Source of the DNA: Nannocystis bainbridge
GTDB taxonomy: Bacteria; Myxococcota_A; Polyangia; Nannocystales; Nannocystaceae
Length of the DNA: 64,000 nt
NCBI RefSeq assembly: GCF_028368995.1
Contig: NZ_JAQNDL010000003.1
Span: forward strand, 96,001-160,000
Direction of reading: 5' to 3'
Below, piece by piece: positions 10,517-19,776 of this stretch. Made by a program: the position numbers and the translations under genes. The stretch's first letter is position 1. Each line of letters starts with the position of its first letter. Under the pieces are notes generated by a model. It did no database searches. It had not been told where the DNA came from and saw only the letters and a program-made list of their open reading frames with translations.

Positions 10517-10969
10517 TATTCACCCGATCGCGTTTTCCTCGTCGCTGCTCTCGAGGTGGTCCGTCTTCGGGAGCATGCAGCCGACGCTGCGGTTCCAGCG
10601 GCCGAACTACGAGTAGCGGCGCCGGGGGCGGGCGGCGCCCGCGAGCGAGCGCCTCGACGTTGTACGCGGGGGCCTCGCCGACTTCCCGCCCGCGATCAGC
10701 GACGCCGGCGCCGGCGCAGGCCCCGCAGCGCAAGCCACGGCAACGCCTGGGCCAGCGGGGCCGGGCCGCCGGCGCTCGTCGACGCAATGCCCCCTACAAT
10801 GACGGTCCGGCTCGACGCGCCCGAACCAACCGAGCTCACCGTCGGCGAGACGCGCGCGCCGCCCTATCGCGCTCGAAGACTACCGCAAGGAAAGTGGAAA
10901 GACTGTTCGCCTGACGGCATCAATCTCGGGCTTTATTTCACCTCCTTCGGTGCGAAACTGGCGGCACGT

Positions 10970-11809
10970 ATGAGCCTCAGAGACTCGATCAGGCACGACC
11001 GCTGCCCCGTCCGTGTGATCCGCGGACAGAGCCTCCCGGACGTCGAGGTCCACCACGGAGTCCAGGTGCGCGACGCGTTCGAGCCCCACTTCCACGCGGC
11101 GGCCCATGTCATCCACGTCCTCGCCGGCGCGCGCAAGCAGACTGTCGGTCGTCGCCAGCACACGCTCGCACCGGGCGACGTGCTGGTCATCCCGCCGGAC
11201 GAGGTCCACAGCGGGGCGTCCGCGCACCGCGAGGGCTGGACGTTCGTCTCGCTGTATTGCTCGCCTGCGGCGCTCGAGCGCGCGGCCGACGAGCTCGAGC
11301 CCGACGCCGCGGGAGAGCTGGGTCGCGCCGTACGCTTCGAGCTCACCGACGAGCTGGGCAGCGGGCAGCTCGTCACCGAACTCGCCGCGGCGCTGGACGA
11401 CACCCCGCTGGCTGCCCAGACGGCCTGGCTCGCCCTGACGTCTCGCCTGCTCCGCGGCCGCCGCGAACCTGCTCCGCGCCGCCGCGAGCGGGCGCTGGTG
11501 AAGCAGGCGCGAGAATTCCTCGACGCACACCTCGCCGCGTCCGTCACGCTCGATCGGCTCGCGGCAGTCACCGGCGTCAGCAAGGAGCACGTCGTGCGCA
11601 GCTTCACCGCGGATGTCGGGTTGGCGCCGCATTCGTACCAGCTCAACGCACGGATCGAGCAGGCCAAGCACTCTCTGCTCGCCGGGTCGGCGATCTCGGA
11701 CGTCGCACTCGCGCTGGGCTTTCACGACCAGAGCCATTTCGCACGGCACTTTCGGCGAATCGTCGGCATCCCTCCCGGGCGATTCATGGGACCGCGCCGG
11801 GGAGCATAA
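10970..11809 (+). CDS. AraC-family transcriptional regulator
   Basis: Cupin FEPHFH...PGDVLVIPPDEVH and C-terminal ISDVALALGFHDQSHFARHFRRIVGIPPG. Confidence 0.93.
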   Translation: MSLRDSIRHDRCPVRVIRGQSLPDVEVHHGVQVRDAFEPHFHAAAHVIHVLAGARKQTVGRRQHTLAPGDVLVIPPDEVHSGASAHREGWTFVSLYCSPAALERAADELEPDAAGELGRAVRFELTDELGSGQLVTELAAALDDTPLAAQTAWLALTSRLLRGRREPAPRRRERALVKQAREFLDAHLAASVTLDRLAAVTGVSKEHVVRSFTADVGLAPHSYQLNARIEQAKHSLLAGSAISDVALALGFHDQSHFARHFRRIVGIPPGRFMGPRRGA

Positions 11810-11845
11810 GCCGCGACATCAACATCGTACAAGACGGCGCGACGC
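11733..11845 (+). repeat. Direct repeat copy 1 (araC 3' end plus downstream motif)
   Basis: Near-identical to 12467-12568. Confidence 0.9.
11815..11841 (+). promoter_or_regulatory. Putative AraC-dependent operator/promoter GACATCAACATCGTACAAGACGGCGCG
   Basis: Identical 27-bp copy at 12538-12564. Each copy lies just upstream of a gene start. AraC binding is inference. Confidence 0.6.
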
Positions 11846-11866
11846 TTCCTGTACGATCGCACCTCG

Positions 11867-12448
11867 ATGAGCACCGACGAGAGCACCGTCTTCATGGTCC
11901 GTCACCGCGTCAAGACCGGGGCACGGCCGCGTTACGAGGCCTGGCTCGAGAAGACCCTCCGCACGGCCAACGGCTATCCCGGATATCAGGGCCGGCACGT
12001 CGTGCGTCCTTCGGCGCTCGACGGCGAGTACGTGAGCATGCTGCGCTTCGCCACCGTTGACGACGCACGCCGCTGGATCGAGTCGGACGATCGACGAGAC
12101 CTCGTCGCAGAGATCCGCGAGATCATCGAGACCGACGACACGCTCTTGAAGGGCGGCATCGACTTCTGGTTCACGCTGCCCGCGGAGGGACGCCCACCCG
12201 CTTGGAAGCAGTGGCTCGTGACGACCTCGGTCATCGCGCCGCTCACGATGCTCGTGCCACCGCTGCTCGCGCCGCTCTTCGAGGCCGCGGAACCGCTCGG
12301 GGCCTACGGGGTGCGGCATGTCGTGACCGCGGCCGTGATCGTCGCGATCGTGACGTTCGTGATCATGCCGCGCTACGTTCGCCTGCTCCGGGGTTGGCTC
12401 TACGCCGAGGCGCGGGTCGCTCACCAGGACTCTTCGAACCCGAAGTAG
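11867..12448 (+). CDS. Antibiotic biosynthesis monooxygenase (ABM)-like protein with C-terminal membrane hairpin
   Basis: HRVKTG...YEAWL...YPGYQG...LRF...WIES...R, then PPAWKQWLVT and two TM helices ending MPRYVRLLRGWL. Confidence 0.85.
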   Translation: MSTDESTVFMVRHRVKTGARPRYEAWLEKTLRTANGYPGYQGRHVVRPSALDGEYVSMLRFATVDDARRWIESDDRRDLVAEIREIIETDDTLLKGGIDFWFTLPAEGRPPAWKQWLVTTSVIAPLTMLVPPLLAPLFEAAEPLGAYGVRHVVTAAVIVAIVTFVIMPRYVRLLRGWLYAEARVAHQDSSNPK

Positions 12449-12466
12449 TGCACGAGGTCGCTCCCG

Positions 12467-12568
12467 GCCATTTCGCGCGGCACTTTCGGCGAATCGTCGG
12501 TATCTCTCCCGGGCGATTCACGGGGCCGCGCCGGGCGGACATCAACATCGTACAAGACGGCGCGGCGC
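12467..12568 (+). repeat. Direct repeat copy 2 (decayed araC 3' end plus motif)
   Basis: Translates GHFARHFRRIVGISPGRFTGPRR versus SHFARHFRRIVGIPPGRFMGPRR in AraC. About 11-nt deletion relative to copy 1. Confidence 0.9.
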
Positions 12569-12621
12569 CAGACGGCCATCTTCGTCCGGCGCCGCTTCGA
12601 TTCGCCGCGCCCGAGAGCCCC

Positions 12622-14412
12622 ATGACACACGCAGCCGACGCCGATCTCGTCCTCTACAACGGCCGGATCACGACCATGGATTCGCAGGCACCCGCCGCCT
12701 CGGCGGTCGCGGTGCGGGACGGTCGATTCATCGAGGTCGGCGACGACGCCGCGGTCCTGCGTCGCGCCGGCGCCGACGCCCGGCGGATCGACCTCCGCGG
12801 CCGCACGGCCATTCCGGGCCTCATCGATTCGCACCTGCACCTGATCCGCGGCGGCCTCACCTACAACAGCGAATTGCGGTGGGACGGCGTCGCCTCGCTC
12901 GGCGAGGCGCTGCGACGGCTGCGCGAGCAGGCCCTACGGACCCCGCCGCCGCAGTGGGTGCGCGTGGTCGGCGGCTGGTCGGAGTTCCAGTTCGCCGAGC
13001 GGCGCATGCCGACGCTCGACGAGCTCAACGCCGCCGCCCCCGACACGCCGGTGTTCGTGCTGCACCTCTACGCGCAGGCGCTGCTCAACCGCGCTGCGCT
13101 GCGCGCCGTCGGCTACACCCGCGACACGCCCGATCCGCCCGGCGGCGTGATCGTGCGCGACCGCCACGGCGAGCCGACCGGCCTGCTCGTCGCCAAGCCC
13201 AACGCGTGGATCCTCTACGCGACGCTCGCCAAGGGCCCGCGGCTCGCGCTCGACGACCAGCGTAACAGCACCCGTCAATTCATGCGCGAACTCAACCGAC
13301 TCGGCGTCACCGGGGCGATCGACGCCGGCGGCGGGTTTCAACAATACCCCGAGCACTATCAAATCATCGAGGAGCTGGCGGCCGCCAGGCAATTGACGGT
13401 GCGGGTCGCCTACAACCTGTTCACCCAGCGCCCCGGCCAGGAGCTCGAGGACTTCACCCGCTGGTCGAGCTCCCTGACCCCGGGCGCCGGCGACGGCTAC
13501 TATCGCCTCAACGGGGCCGGCGAGATGCTCGTCTACTCGGCCGCCGACTTCGAGGACTTCCTCGAGCCGCGGCCCGACCTCCCGCCGCACATGGAGGACC
13601 AACTCGGCGCCGTCGTCGAGCACCTCGTCGCCAGGCGCTGGCCGTTCCGCCTGCACGCGACCTACGACGAATCGATCGCGCGGATGCTCGACGTGTTCGA
13701 GGCCGTCGACCGCAAGGTCCCGTTTCAGGGCCTGCGGTGGTTCTTCGACCACGCCGAGACCGTCTCGCCGCGCAACATCGATCGGATCGCCGCGCTCGGC
13801 GGCGGCGTCGCCATCCAGCACCGCATGGCCTACCAGGGCGAGCACTTCATGCGCCGCTACGGGCCGCAGGCCGCCGCCGAGGCGCCGCCCGTGCGTCGCA
13901 TGCTCGCGGCCGGGATCCCCGTCGGCGGCGGCACCGATGCGACGCGCGTCGCCAGCTACAACCCGTGGGTCGGGCTCGGGTGGCTCGTGTCCGGCCGCAG
14001 CGTCGGCGGCACCGAGCTGCTCGGCCCCTCCGGCCGGCTCTCGCGCGAGCAGGCGCTGCGCCTGTACACCGCGGGCAACGGCTGGTTCTCCGGCGAGGAC
14101 GGCGAGCGCGGTCGGATCGCCCCCGGCTGCTTCGCCGACCTCGCAGTGCTGTCCGCCGACTACTTCGCAGTGCCCGAAGCGGAAATCCGCGGCATCACCT
14201 CGGAGCTTACCGTGGTCGGCGGCGACGTCGTCCACGCCAGCGGCGACTTCGGCGGTCTCGCGCCGCCGCCCCTGCCGTTCAGCCCGGACTGGGCCCCGCC
14301 CGCCCACCACGGCGGCTACGACCCGGGCGCCGTGGCGCGCGCGCTGCACCGCGCCCACCGCCATCATCACCACCACGCCGCCGGTCTCGCCTGCCCCTGC
14401 GCCGTGTTCTAG
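12622..14412 (+). CDS. Metal-dependent amidohydrolase (YtcJ/amidohydrolase-3 type)
   Basis: IPGLIDSHLH, FRLHATY, FDHAE, GTDATRV motifs and a His/Cys-rich tail. Confidence 0.92.
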   Translation: MTHAADADLVLYNGRITTMDSQAPAASAVAVRDGRFIEVGDDAAVLRRAGADARRIDLRGRTAIPGLIDSHLHLIRGGLTYNSELRWDGVASLGEALRRLREQALRTPPPQWVRVVGGWSEFQFAERRMPTLDELNAAAPDTPVFVLHLYAQALLNRAALRAVGYTRDTPDPPGGVIVRDRHGEPTGLLVAKPNAWILYATLAKGPRLALDDQRNSTRQFMRELNRLGVTGAIDAGGGFQQYPEHYQIIEELAAARQLTVRVAYNLFTQRPGQELEDFTRWSSSLTPGAGDGYYRLNGAGEMLVYSAADFEDFLEPRPDLPPHMEDQLGAVVEHLVARRWPFRLHATYDESIARMLDVFEAVDRKVPFQGLRWFFDHAETVSPRNIDRIAALGGGVAIQHRMAYQGEHFMRRYGPQAAAEAPPVRRMLAAGIPVGGGTDATRVASYNPWVGLGWLVSGRSVGGTELLGPSGRLSREQALRLYTAGNGWFSGEDGERGRIAPGCFADLAVLSADYFAVPEAEIRGITSELTVVGGDVVHASGDFGGLAPPPLPFSPDWAPPAHHGGYDPGAVARALHRAHRHHHHHAAGLACPCAVF

Positions 14413-14416
14413 CCGT

Positions 14417-16189
14417 ATGGACATGTCCTTTCAGGCATGCGGGGCGCGCCGACCCGGCTCGCGCCCCCGCGCCGGCGCGCGCGCGGCCTCGACCGCGGTC
14501 CTCGCGGTCGCCCTCGGGGCGTCGTCGGACGCGCTCGCGCGACCCACGACCTGGCCCATCGAGCCTGTCCTTGCAGACAGCCTCTCCGAGGCGCGGTACC
14601 CGGCGCTCGGACATGTCCCCACGGACAGCCTCGCTAGCACGCAGCGCCCGGCGAGCGGACATGTCCCCACGGACAGCCTCTCAGTCGGCCCCGCGCTCCC
14701 CCGTAGCGACGCCGCGCCGCCGCAGGTCTCCGCCCCGGTGCCGGACCTCCGCGGCGCTCCGGCAGCGCGTGCCCCTGTCCCCGCGGACATGCGTCGTCCG
14801 CCGGCCTTGAAGCCCGGATCGCCGGCGCAGTCCGCCGGCGCGACCGAGGCCGCCGCGCTCGCCGGCCGCGGCGAGGGCCGGCCGGCCGCACCGCCGCCCT
14901 ACCGCCTGCTGCGCGCCGACGAGGACTACCGTTACCTGCGCGACCGCGGCCGCCGGGCCGGCTTCCTGGATGTCCTCAAGTACATCCCGCTCGGCCCGCG
15001 CGGCCGCGTCGCGCTCAGCTTCGGCGGCGAGACGCGCCAGCGCCTCGACTGGTTCCGCAACCTCGACTGGGGCGCCGGTCCGCCGCGCTCGCTGTCGTGG
15101 ATGCAGCGGTACATGTTCCACGCCGAGCTCCGGGCGCCGTACTTCCGCGCGTTCGCCCAGGTCAAGAGCGGGCTCGAGACGGGGCGGCCCGGCGGGCCGC
15201 GGGCGATCGATCGCGACGACTTCGACTTCCACCAGGCCTTCGCCGACTTCGACCTCGAGCGCCCGGGCCTGCGCCTCATCGTCCGCGCCGGCCGGCACGA
15301 GCTCGCGTTCGGCTCCGGCCGCCTCGTCTCGCCGCGCGAGGGCCCCAACGTGCGCCGCAGCTTCGACGGCGTGTCGGTCATCCTGTCCGTCCGCCGGGTC
15401 CACGCGCATCTGTTCGTCACCCGCCCGGTCGCCACCGTGCCCGGCGTCCTCGACGACGGCTGGGAGCGCGGTCAGTGGTTCGCCGGCGCCTACCTGACCG
15501 TGCCCTCGCCGCTGCGCGGCGGCCACGTCGACGTCTACGCGCTCTACCTCGACCGCCCTGAAGCCGAGTACCACCGCGGCCGGGCCCACGAGCGCCGCCT
15601 GTCCCTCGGGACACGTTGGTTCGGCGCCGCCGGGCGACTCGACTACAACGTCGAGGCGGTGCTGCAAACGGGGCGCTTCGGCGCCGCGCCGCTGCTCGCG
15701 TGGACCGTGGCCAGCGACACCGGCGTGCGCCTGCCGCTGCCGTGGGACCCGCGGCTCGGCCTGCGGCTCGACGTCGCCTCCGGCGATCGCGGCCCGGGGC
15801 GGCCCTTCGGCACCTTCTCCGCGCTGTTCCCCAAGGGCTCGTACTTCGGCGAGGACGCGCTGGTCGGGCCCGCCAATTTCCTCGACGCCCACCCGATGCT
15901 CACGCTGACGCCGGTCGAGCCACTGAGCCTCACCCTCGACTGGGTGGTCCTCGGCCGGTACAGCCTCGCCGACGGCCTCTACAACGTCCCCGGCGAGCCG
16001 ACGATCGCCGACCCCGGCGGCGCCCGGTTCGTCGGTCACCGCGCCGGCGCCACCCTCGAGGCCGAGCTCGGGCGGCACGTCGGCTTCGTCGTCACCGTCG
16101 GCCGCTTCTTCCGCGGCCCGTTCCTCGCGCAGGCCGGACGCACCCGCGACGTCGACTTCCTCGCCACCTGGCTGACCCTCAAGTTCTGA
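14417..16189 (+). CDS. Alginate-export-family outer-membrane beta-barrel
   Basis: Signal-like segment, LLRADEDYRYL...KYIPL, GRHELAFGSGRLVSPREGPNVRRSFDG, terminal LTLKF. Start uncertain. Confidence 0.85.
   Translation: MDMSFQACGARRPGSRPRAGARAASTAVLAVALGASSDALARPTTWPIEPVLADSLSEARYPALGHVPTDSLASTQRPASGHVPTDSLSVGPALPRSDAAPPQVSAPVPDLRGAPAARAPVPADMRRPPALKPGSPAQSAGATEAAALAGRGEGRPAAPPPYRLLRADEDYRYLRDRGRRAGFLDVLKYIPLGPRGRVALSFGGETRQRLDWFRNLDWGAGPPRSLSWMQRYMFHAELRAPYFRAFAQVKSGLETGRPGGPRAIDRDDFDFHQAFADFDLERPGLRLIVRAGRHELAFGSGRLVSPREGPNVRRSFDGVSVILSVRRVHAHLFVTRPVATVPGVLDDGWERGQWFAGAYLTVPSPLRGGHVDVYALYLDRPEAEYHRGRAHERRLSLGTRWFGAAGRLDYNVEAVLQTGRFGAAPLLAWTVASDTGVRLPLPWDPRLGLRLDVASGDRGPGRPFGTFSALFPKGSYFGEDALVGPANFLDAHPMLTLTPVEPLSLTLDWVVLGRYSLADGLYNVPGEPTIADPGGARFVGHRAGATLEAELGRHVGFVVTVGRFFRGPFLAQAGRTRDVDFLATWLTLKF
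14566..14682 (+). repeat. 48-bp-period tandem repeat, each unit carrying TGTC-N6-GACA, inside the porin N-terminal linker
   Basis: Perfect motifs start at 14566, 14614 and 14662. Protein reads PVLADSL / HVPTDSL / HVPTDSL. Confidence 0.85.
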
Positions 16190-16230
16190 GAGCGCAGACC
16201 GCACCGCAACGCAAACCTGGAGACCGAACC

Positions 16231-16887
16231 ATGCCCACCGCCATCGCCGCCCCCGGCAAGACCCTCCTCACGCCCCACGACCACACCCTGATCCTGATCG
16301 ACTACCAGTCGCAGATGGCGTTCGCCACCAAGTCGATCGACGCCGTGCTGCTGCGCAACAACGCCGGCCTCGTCGCCCACGCGGCGCGGATCTTCGGCGC
16401 CTCGACGATCCTCACCACCGTCGCCGAGAAGAGCTTCTCCGGCCCGATCTTCTCGGAGATCAAGGCCGCGTTCCCCGAGCACGACGTCATCGACCGCACG
16501 TCGATGAACACCTGGGAGGACGCGAAGATCGCCGAGCGCGTCAACAAGCTCGGCAAGCCGCGTATCGTCCTCGGCGGCCTGTGGACGTCCGTCTGCATCG
16601 TCGGCCCGGCGCTGTCGGCCCTCGACCAGGGCTTCGAGGTCTACGTGATCGCCGACGCCTGCGGCGACGTGTCGAACGAGGCCCACGAGCGGGCGATGGA
16701 CCGCATGGTCCAGGCCGGCGCGCGGCCGATGACCTCGCTGCAGTACCTGCTCGAGCTCCAGCGCGACTGGGCCCGCGTCGGCACCTACGACGCAGTCACC
16801 GGCCTCGCCAAGGAGCTCGGCGGCGCCTACGGCCTCGGGATCATCTACGCGAAGACCATGTTCGGCGCGTCGGAGGGCGGGCACTAG
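16231..16887 (+). CDS. Isochorismatase-family cysteine hydrolase (YcaC-like)
   Basis: LIDYQ, IDRTSMNTWED, GLWTSVCI motifs. GGAG RBS. Confidence 0.92.
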   Translation: MPTAIAAPGKTLLTPHDHTLILIDYQSQMAFATKSIDAVLLRNNAGLVAHAARIFGASTILTTVAEKSFSGPIFSEIKAAFPEHDVIDRTSMNTWEDAKIAERVNKLGKPRIVLGGLWTSVCIVGPALSALDQGFEVYVIADACGDVSNEAHERAMDRMVQAGARPMTSLQYLLELQRDWARVGTYDAVTGLAKELGGAYGLGIIYAKTMFGASEGGH

Positions 16888-16899
16888 GGTCCCCCCCCC

Positions 16900-17163
16900 A
16901 TGAAGCTCTACCTCGTCTCGCTGGCAGTCGGCGCGCTCGTCGGCGCCCTGTACAGCGCGCTCGGCGTGCGCTCACCAGCGCCGCCGCTCGTCGCGCTGCT
17001 CGGTCTGTTCGGCATGCTCCTCGGCGAGCAGGTCGGCCCGATCGCGCGGCGCGTGCTCGTGGGAGAGCCGCTGTCCGCGGCGTGGTTCGCCCGCGAGTGC
17101 GCGCCCAAGATCACCGGCGCTCCGGCGCCCGAACCCGCCCATGGCGACGCCGATGACCGATGA
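16900..17163 (+). CDS. XapX/DUF1427 small membrane protein
   Basis: MKLYLVSLAVGALVGALY...VRSPAPPLVALLGLFGMLLGEQ signature. Confidence 0.88.
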   Translation: MKLYLVSLAVGALVGALYSALGVRSPAPPLVALLGLFGMLLGEQVGPIARRVLVGEPLSAAWFARECAPKITGAPAPEPAHGDADDR

Positions 17164-17220
17164 CGCGGCCGCCCGCGCTCGCGGCGGCCACCTCTCCGCT
17201 CACCACCCTCCGGAGCCGTC

Positions 17221-17679
17221 ATGAAGGTGATCGACCCCCGCCTCGCGCCGGCGCTGGAGAAGGCCCGCGACCTCGGCCTGCTCGCGCAGCGCATCGGCGC
17301 CGGCCTCCTGATCTGGACCTTTCACATGCGCCCGAAACTGCTGCGATTCGACGAGGAGCTGCGCGAATTCCCCGACCCGCTCGGGATCGGCGCACCCGCC
17401 AGCCTCGCCCTCGCGCTCCTCTCCGAGGGCCTGTGCAGCGTGCTCGTCGCGCTCGGCCTCCTGACGCGGCTCGCAGCCCTGCCGGTGGTCTTTACCATGC
17501 TCATGGTCTTGACAATGGCCGCCCGCGGCTTCGAGGGCGCCGACGTCCAGTCCGCCCTGCTCTACGCGCTCCCCTACGCGACGCTGGTCGCCACGGGACC
17601 GGGCCGCTATTCGTGCGACCACCGCCTGCTCGAGCGCTATCGGCGGCTCTACGCGCGGTTCATCCCGCCGCGCGCCTGA
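17221..17679 (+). CDS. DoxX-family membrane protein
   Basis: FPDPLGIG...E...LGLLTRLAALP...GPGRYSCD. Confidence 0.85.
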   Translation: MKVIDPRLAPALEKARDLGLLAQRIGAGLLIWTFHMRPKLLRFDEELREFPDPLGIGAPASLALALLSEGLCSVLVALGLLTRLAALPVVFTMLMVLTMAARGFEGADVQSALLYALPYATLVATGPGRYSCDHRLLERYRRLYARFIPPRA

Positions 17680-17799
17680 GCCGTCGCCTGCTCGCGCCCC
17701 TTGATCGCCGCGCGCGTCCTGCCCCCGGCCGATTGCGGCCCATCACCCCGCGCAGTGACCGCCCGCCCCGCCGGTCGGCCTTCCGGCGGGCCCAGCGAC

Positions 17800-17818
17800 C
17801 CGTGGTAAGAAATCCGGG
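17800..17818. mobile_element. Solitary IS1380-type terminal repeat
   Basis: CCGTGGTAAGAAATCCGGG is 18/19 identical to the IS end at 24268-24286. Confidence 0.55.
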
Positions 17819-17874
17819 CCGACACAGCGGACATCACGACCGTGCGGCGCGGCGACCGAGCGCGTCCCGCCTCC

Positions 17875-19089
17875 ATGCAAAGCATTGCCACCATGCCCCG
17901 CAGCTACCTCCGCCCGGCACTCTCGGGCACGAACGGCCACCACCGCGTCACCAACATCGAGCTGTTCTTCGACCTGGTGTTCGTCTTCGCGGTGACACAG
18001 CTGTCGCATCTGCTGATCGCCAACTTCACGCTCGTGGGTGGCGCCCAGGCGCTGCTGCTGATGCTGGCCGTATGGTGGGTGTGGATCTTCACCTCGTGGG
18101 TCACCAACTGGCTGGACCCGGAGAAACTCGCCATCCGCCTGCTGCTGCTGGTGCTGATGACCGCGGGGCTGCTGCTGTCGGCGTCGCTGCCGCAGGCGTT
18201 CGGCTCGCGTGGTCTGGCGTTTGCGCTCGCCTATGTCTTCATGCAATTCGGGCGCACGCTGTTCTTCCTGTGGGCGGTGCGCGGCGAATCGCGGGTCATG
18301 CGGCGCAACTTCCAGCGCATTGCCGCGTGGCTGGGCGCCTCCGCCCTGCCGTGGCTGGCGGGCGGCCTGGCGGACGGACCGACGCGCTGGTTCTGCTGGA
18401 TGCTCGCGCTGGGCATCGAGTGGATCGGCCCGACGGTGGGCTTCTACACGCCGGGCCTGGGCCGTTCCACCGTGGGCGACTGGAACGTCGAAGGCGGCCA
18501 CATGGCCGAGCGCTGCTCGCTGTTCATCATCATCGCGCTGGGCGAGTCGGTGCTCGTCACCGGGTCGACCTTCGCGGGGCTGGATTGGGACGCCGCCAAC
18601 ATCGCGGCGATGGCGGTGTCGTTCATCGGCAGCCTGGCGATGTGGTGGCTGTACTTCGACACCATCGCCGAACGCGGCGCGCAGACCATCTCACATGCCA
18701 CCGACCCGGGCCGGCTGGCGCGGCTCGCCTACACGTACATCCACGTGCTGCTGGTGGCCGGCATCATCGTCGGCGCGGTGGCGGACGAGTTCGTGCTGGC
18801 GCACCCGGTCGGGCACCCGCATCCGGGCGCGGCGCTGGCGGTACTGGGCAGCGCGGGGCTGTATCTGCTGGGCAACCTGCTGTTCAAGTGCGCCGTCCTC
18901 GGACGCGCACGCACGGCGCATGGGCTGGGGCTGGTGGCGCTGGGACTTATCGGACTGGCCGCGGGCGCGCTGCCGGCCCTGGCAGTATCTGCACTGGCGA
19001 CGCTAGTGCTGTGCGGTACGACAGCCTGGGAGTGGTACACGCGGTCGTGCGAGACGCCCGAAGCCGCCACGCACCGGCGGCGCGTCTAG
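17875..19089 (+). CDS. ltrA: Low temperature requirement protein A (LtrA family membrane protein)
   Basis: RVTNIELFFDLVFVFAVTQLSH, HMAERCSLFIIIALGES, LAMWWLYF. Confidence 0.9.
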   Translation: MQSIATMPRSYLRPALSGTNGHHRVTNIELFFDLVFVFAVTQLSHLLIANFTLVGGAQALLLMLAVWWVWIFTSWVTNWLDPEKLAIRLLLLVLMTAGLLLSASLPQAFGSRGLAFALAYVFMQFGRTLFFLWAVRGESRVMRRNFQRIAAWLGASALPWLAGGLADGPTRWFCWMLALGIEWIGPTVGFYTPGLGRSTVGDWNVEGGHMAERCSLFIIIALGESVLVTGSTFAGLDWDAANIAAMAVSFIGSLAMWWLYFDTIAERGAQTISHATDPGRLARLAYTYIHVLLVAGIIVGAVADEFVLAHPVGHPHPGAALAVLGSAGLYLLGNLLFKCAVLGRARTAHGLGLVALGLIGLAAGALPALAVSALATLVLCGTTAWEWYTRSCETPEAATHRRRV

Positions 19090-19099
19090 GCGAGACCCG

Positions 19100-19410
19100 C
19101 CAGGCTGCCGGCCCACGCGCCTCGGCCTCCTTCCGCACCCTGTCGGCGTTCTCGACGTCGAGCCCCTTGTAGTAGACCGCCGCGAGCTCGGCGTAGTCGC
19201 GCCCGGTCGCGTGCTCGCCCTCGCGCGCGACCGTCAGTGCGCGCAGGTCGATCGCCTCGGGCCAGCGCTCGAGCTCGAGCTCCGTCTGGCTCGCGCGCAG
19301 CAGCGTCTCGATCACCGTTGGGTGGCCCGGGGTGCTCGCGCAGCAGCCGGGCCGTCGTGTGGCGCTGCAGGTCCGCTACGTCTCCGTGATTCTTCAGCGC
19401 GAGGTCGACG
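19100..19410 (-). pseudogene. TPR-protein C-terminal fragment (frameshifted)
   Basis: LALKNHGDVADL...EHPG / VIETLLRASQTELELERWPEA pieces lie in two frames. Confidence 0.35.
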
Positions 19411-19439
19411 GAACTTGGCGCGCACGGACTCGATCGACA

Positions 19440-19701
19440 GGCCGCCCCAGCCGGAGGGCAGACGTGCGCGGCGGCCGGGAGTTGTGCCGCTCCCAATCGC
19501 CCCGACATCGCACTCGACGGGTTCGACGTCACGACCAGCCAGATCGTAGTCGACTGGGAGGTGCTGGTCGATCCTTCGCTGGCAGGGAGCTGTGAGACGG
19601 ACGGCGGGTGTGGCTGCGAGTCGCGGTGCGTACCGGGGCGCGGGATCGCGTGGACAGCGAGGGAAGGCATAACCGAACCCGCGGTGTTCCGCGTCGAGTG
19701 A
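19440..19701 (+). pseudogene. Possible C-terminal remnant of an MbnP/four-Cys metal-binding protein
   Basis: Startless frame CAAPNRPDIALDGFDVTTSQIVVDW...GC...C...AVFRVE* resembles the MbnP C-terminus (recalled, not searched). Confidence 0.4.
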
Positions 19702-19776
19702 CCACGAAATCGCCGCAAGCTGGGCCAGCCCGAGACTGCGCGTCGTTGGTGAGGCGGTCGACGAGCATCGTCGCGT

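Noticed and set aside
10211-10969. Long N-terminal extension of AraC (532-aa ORF)
   Set aside because: It overlaps lysR on the opposite strand and is low-complexity Arg/Pro/Ala; the AraC domain starts near 10970.
12202-12621. N-terminal extension of the amidohydrolase containing an AraC HTH piece
   Set aside because: It is read-through of the duplicated araC 3' end and overlaps the ABM gene; family similarity begins at ATG 12622.
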